Positions 63,561 to 64,000 of a stretch of 64,000 bases of DNA are shown piece by piece. The DNA is from Lama glama (Eukaryota), in assembly GCA_028534125.1 (NCBI GenBank), contig CM052818.1, positions 29,700,001 through 29,764,000 on the forward strand, read 5' to 3'. The position numbers and the translations under genes were made by a program. A model generated the notes under the pieces. It was given only the letters and a program-made list of their open reading frames with translations, did no database searches and had not been told where the DNA came from. Position 1 is the first letter of the stretch. Every line of letters starts with the position of its first letter.

Positions 63561-64000
63561 AGTCAGACCTCAAACAAGGAACACATAATTCGACCCTCCC
63601 TTTGTCTTCCTAATCTGTATGAGAACCTCCAGTATTATGACCATATTTAAGATATGGTTGACAAATTGCCTCTTTGGAAAAATATCAAAATTTCTTTAAA
63701 TGGGGCTATCTTGGAAAATCTAGACTATCTGGTCCCTGAATAGACATTCAGTAAATGGTTGTTGAATAATGAGTGAATGAGAACAAATTATTTTTTTCTC
63801 GGTAGAGTGATGTGTTAGTTAATCCTTAGTTTCCATACTGTATAAGTTAACCACTGAAGTTTGAGATGAGACGAACATGTGGTTTAAGACTCCTGGCCCC
63901 ATGAAAGCAGGAATTAAGAAGTTTCTATCACAGGGATCCATGTGACATTACTCTGAAGTCATGAGGCTGATGTCCCTGAGTGGCTGGTGGAATCTCCTTG

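Noticed and set aside
11300..64000. Upstream lncRNA (a lincRNA lies upstream of human LTBP1, from recall)
   Set aside because: No exon structure can be supported from sequence alone; RNA-seq would be needed.
1..64000. Prokaryotic-type systems (CRISPR arrays, operons, defence islands) or regularly spaced repeat-spacer arrays
   Set aside because: The sequence is mammalian, and I saw no repeat-spacer periodicity or gene-dense segment.

Overview
This is mammalian genomic DNA, most likely from a camelid (alpaca/llama/camel), judged from three tRNA-Ala-derived SINEs of the Vic-1 type and artiodactyl-type L1 3' ends. The only protein-coding gene I can support is the 5' end of LTBP1 (latent TGF-beta binding protein 1, long isoform) on the minus strand. 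It comprises a CpG-island promoter (~9.6-10.9 kb), coding exon 1 (10301-9835), a 1034-nt intron 1, exon 2 (8800-8730), and intron 2 running off the left edge. Intron 2 holds an antisense U6 snRNA retropseudogene. The ~53 kb upstream is non-coding and dense in transposon fossils (MIR, L2, L1, MaLR/ERVL LTRs, hAT and mariner DNA elements). Most notable are (i) a near-full-length hAT-Blackjack fossil with readable transposase and a nested MER45A, (ii) an unusually long CR1/L3 fossil retaining endonuclease and RT motifs, and (iii) an L1 insertion with an apparently foreign 3' end. I found no convincing novel biological system. Repeat family names and comparisons with human sequence come from recall, not database searches, and repeat boundaries are approximate. 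The remaining ORFs in the track are chance ORFs, GC-rich shadows or TE remnants.
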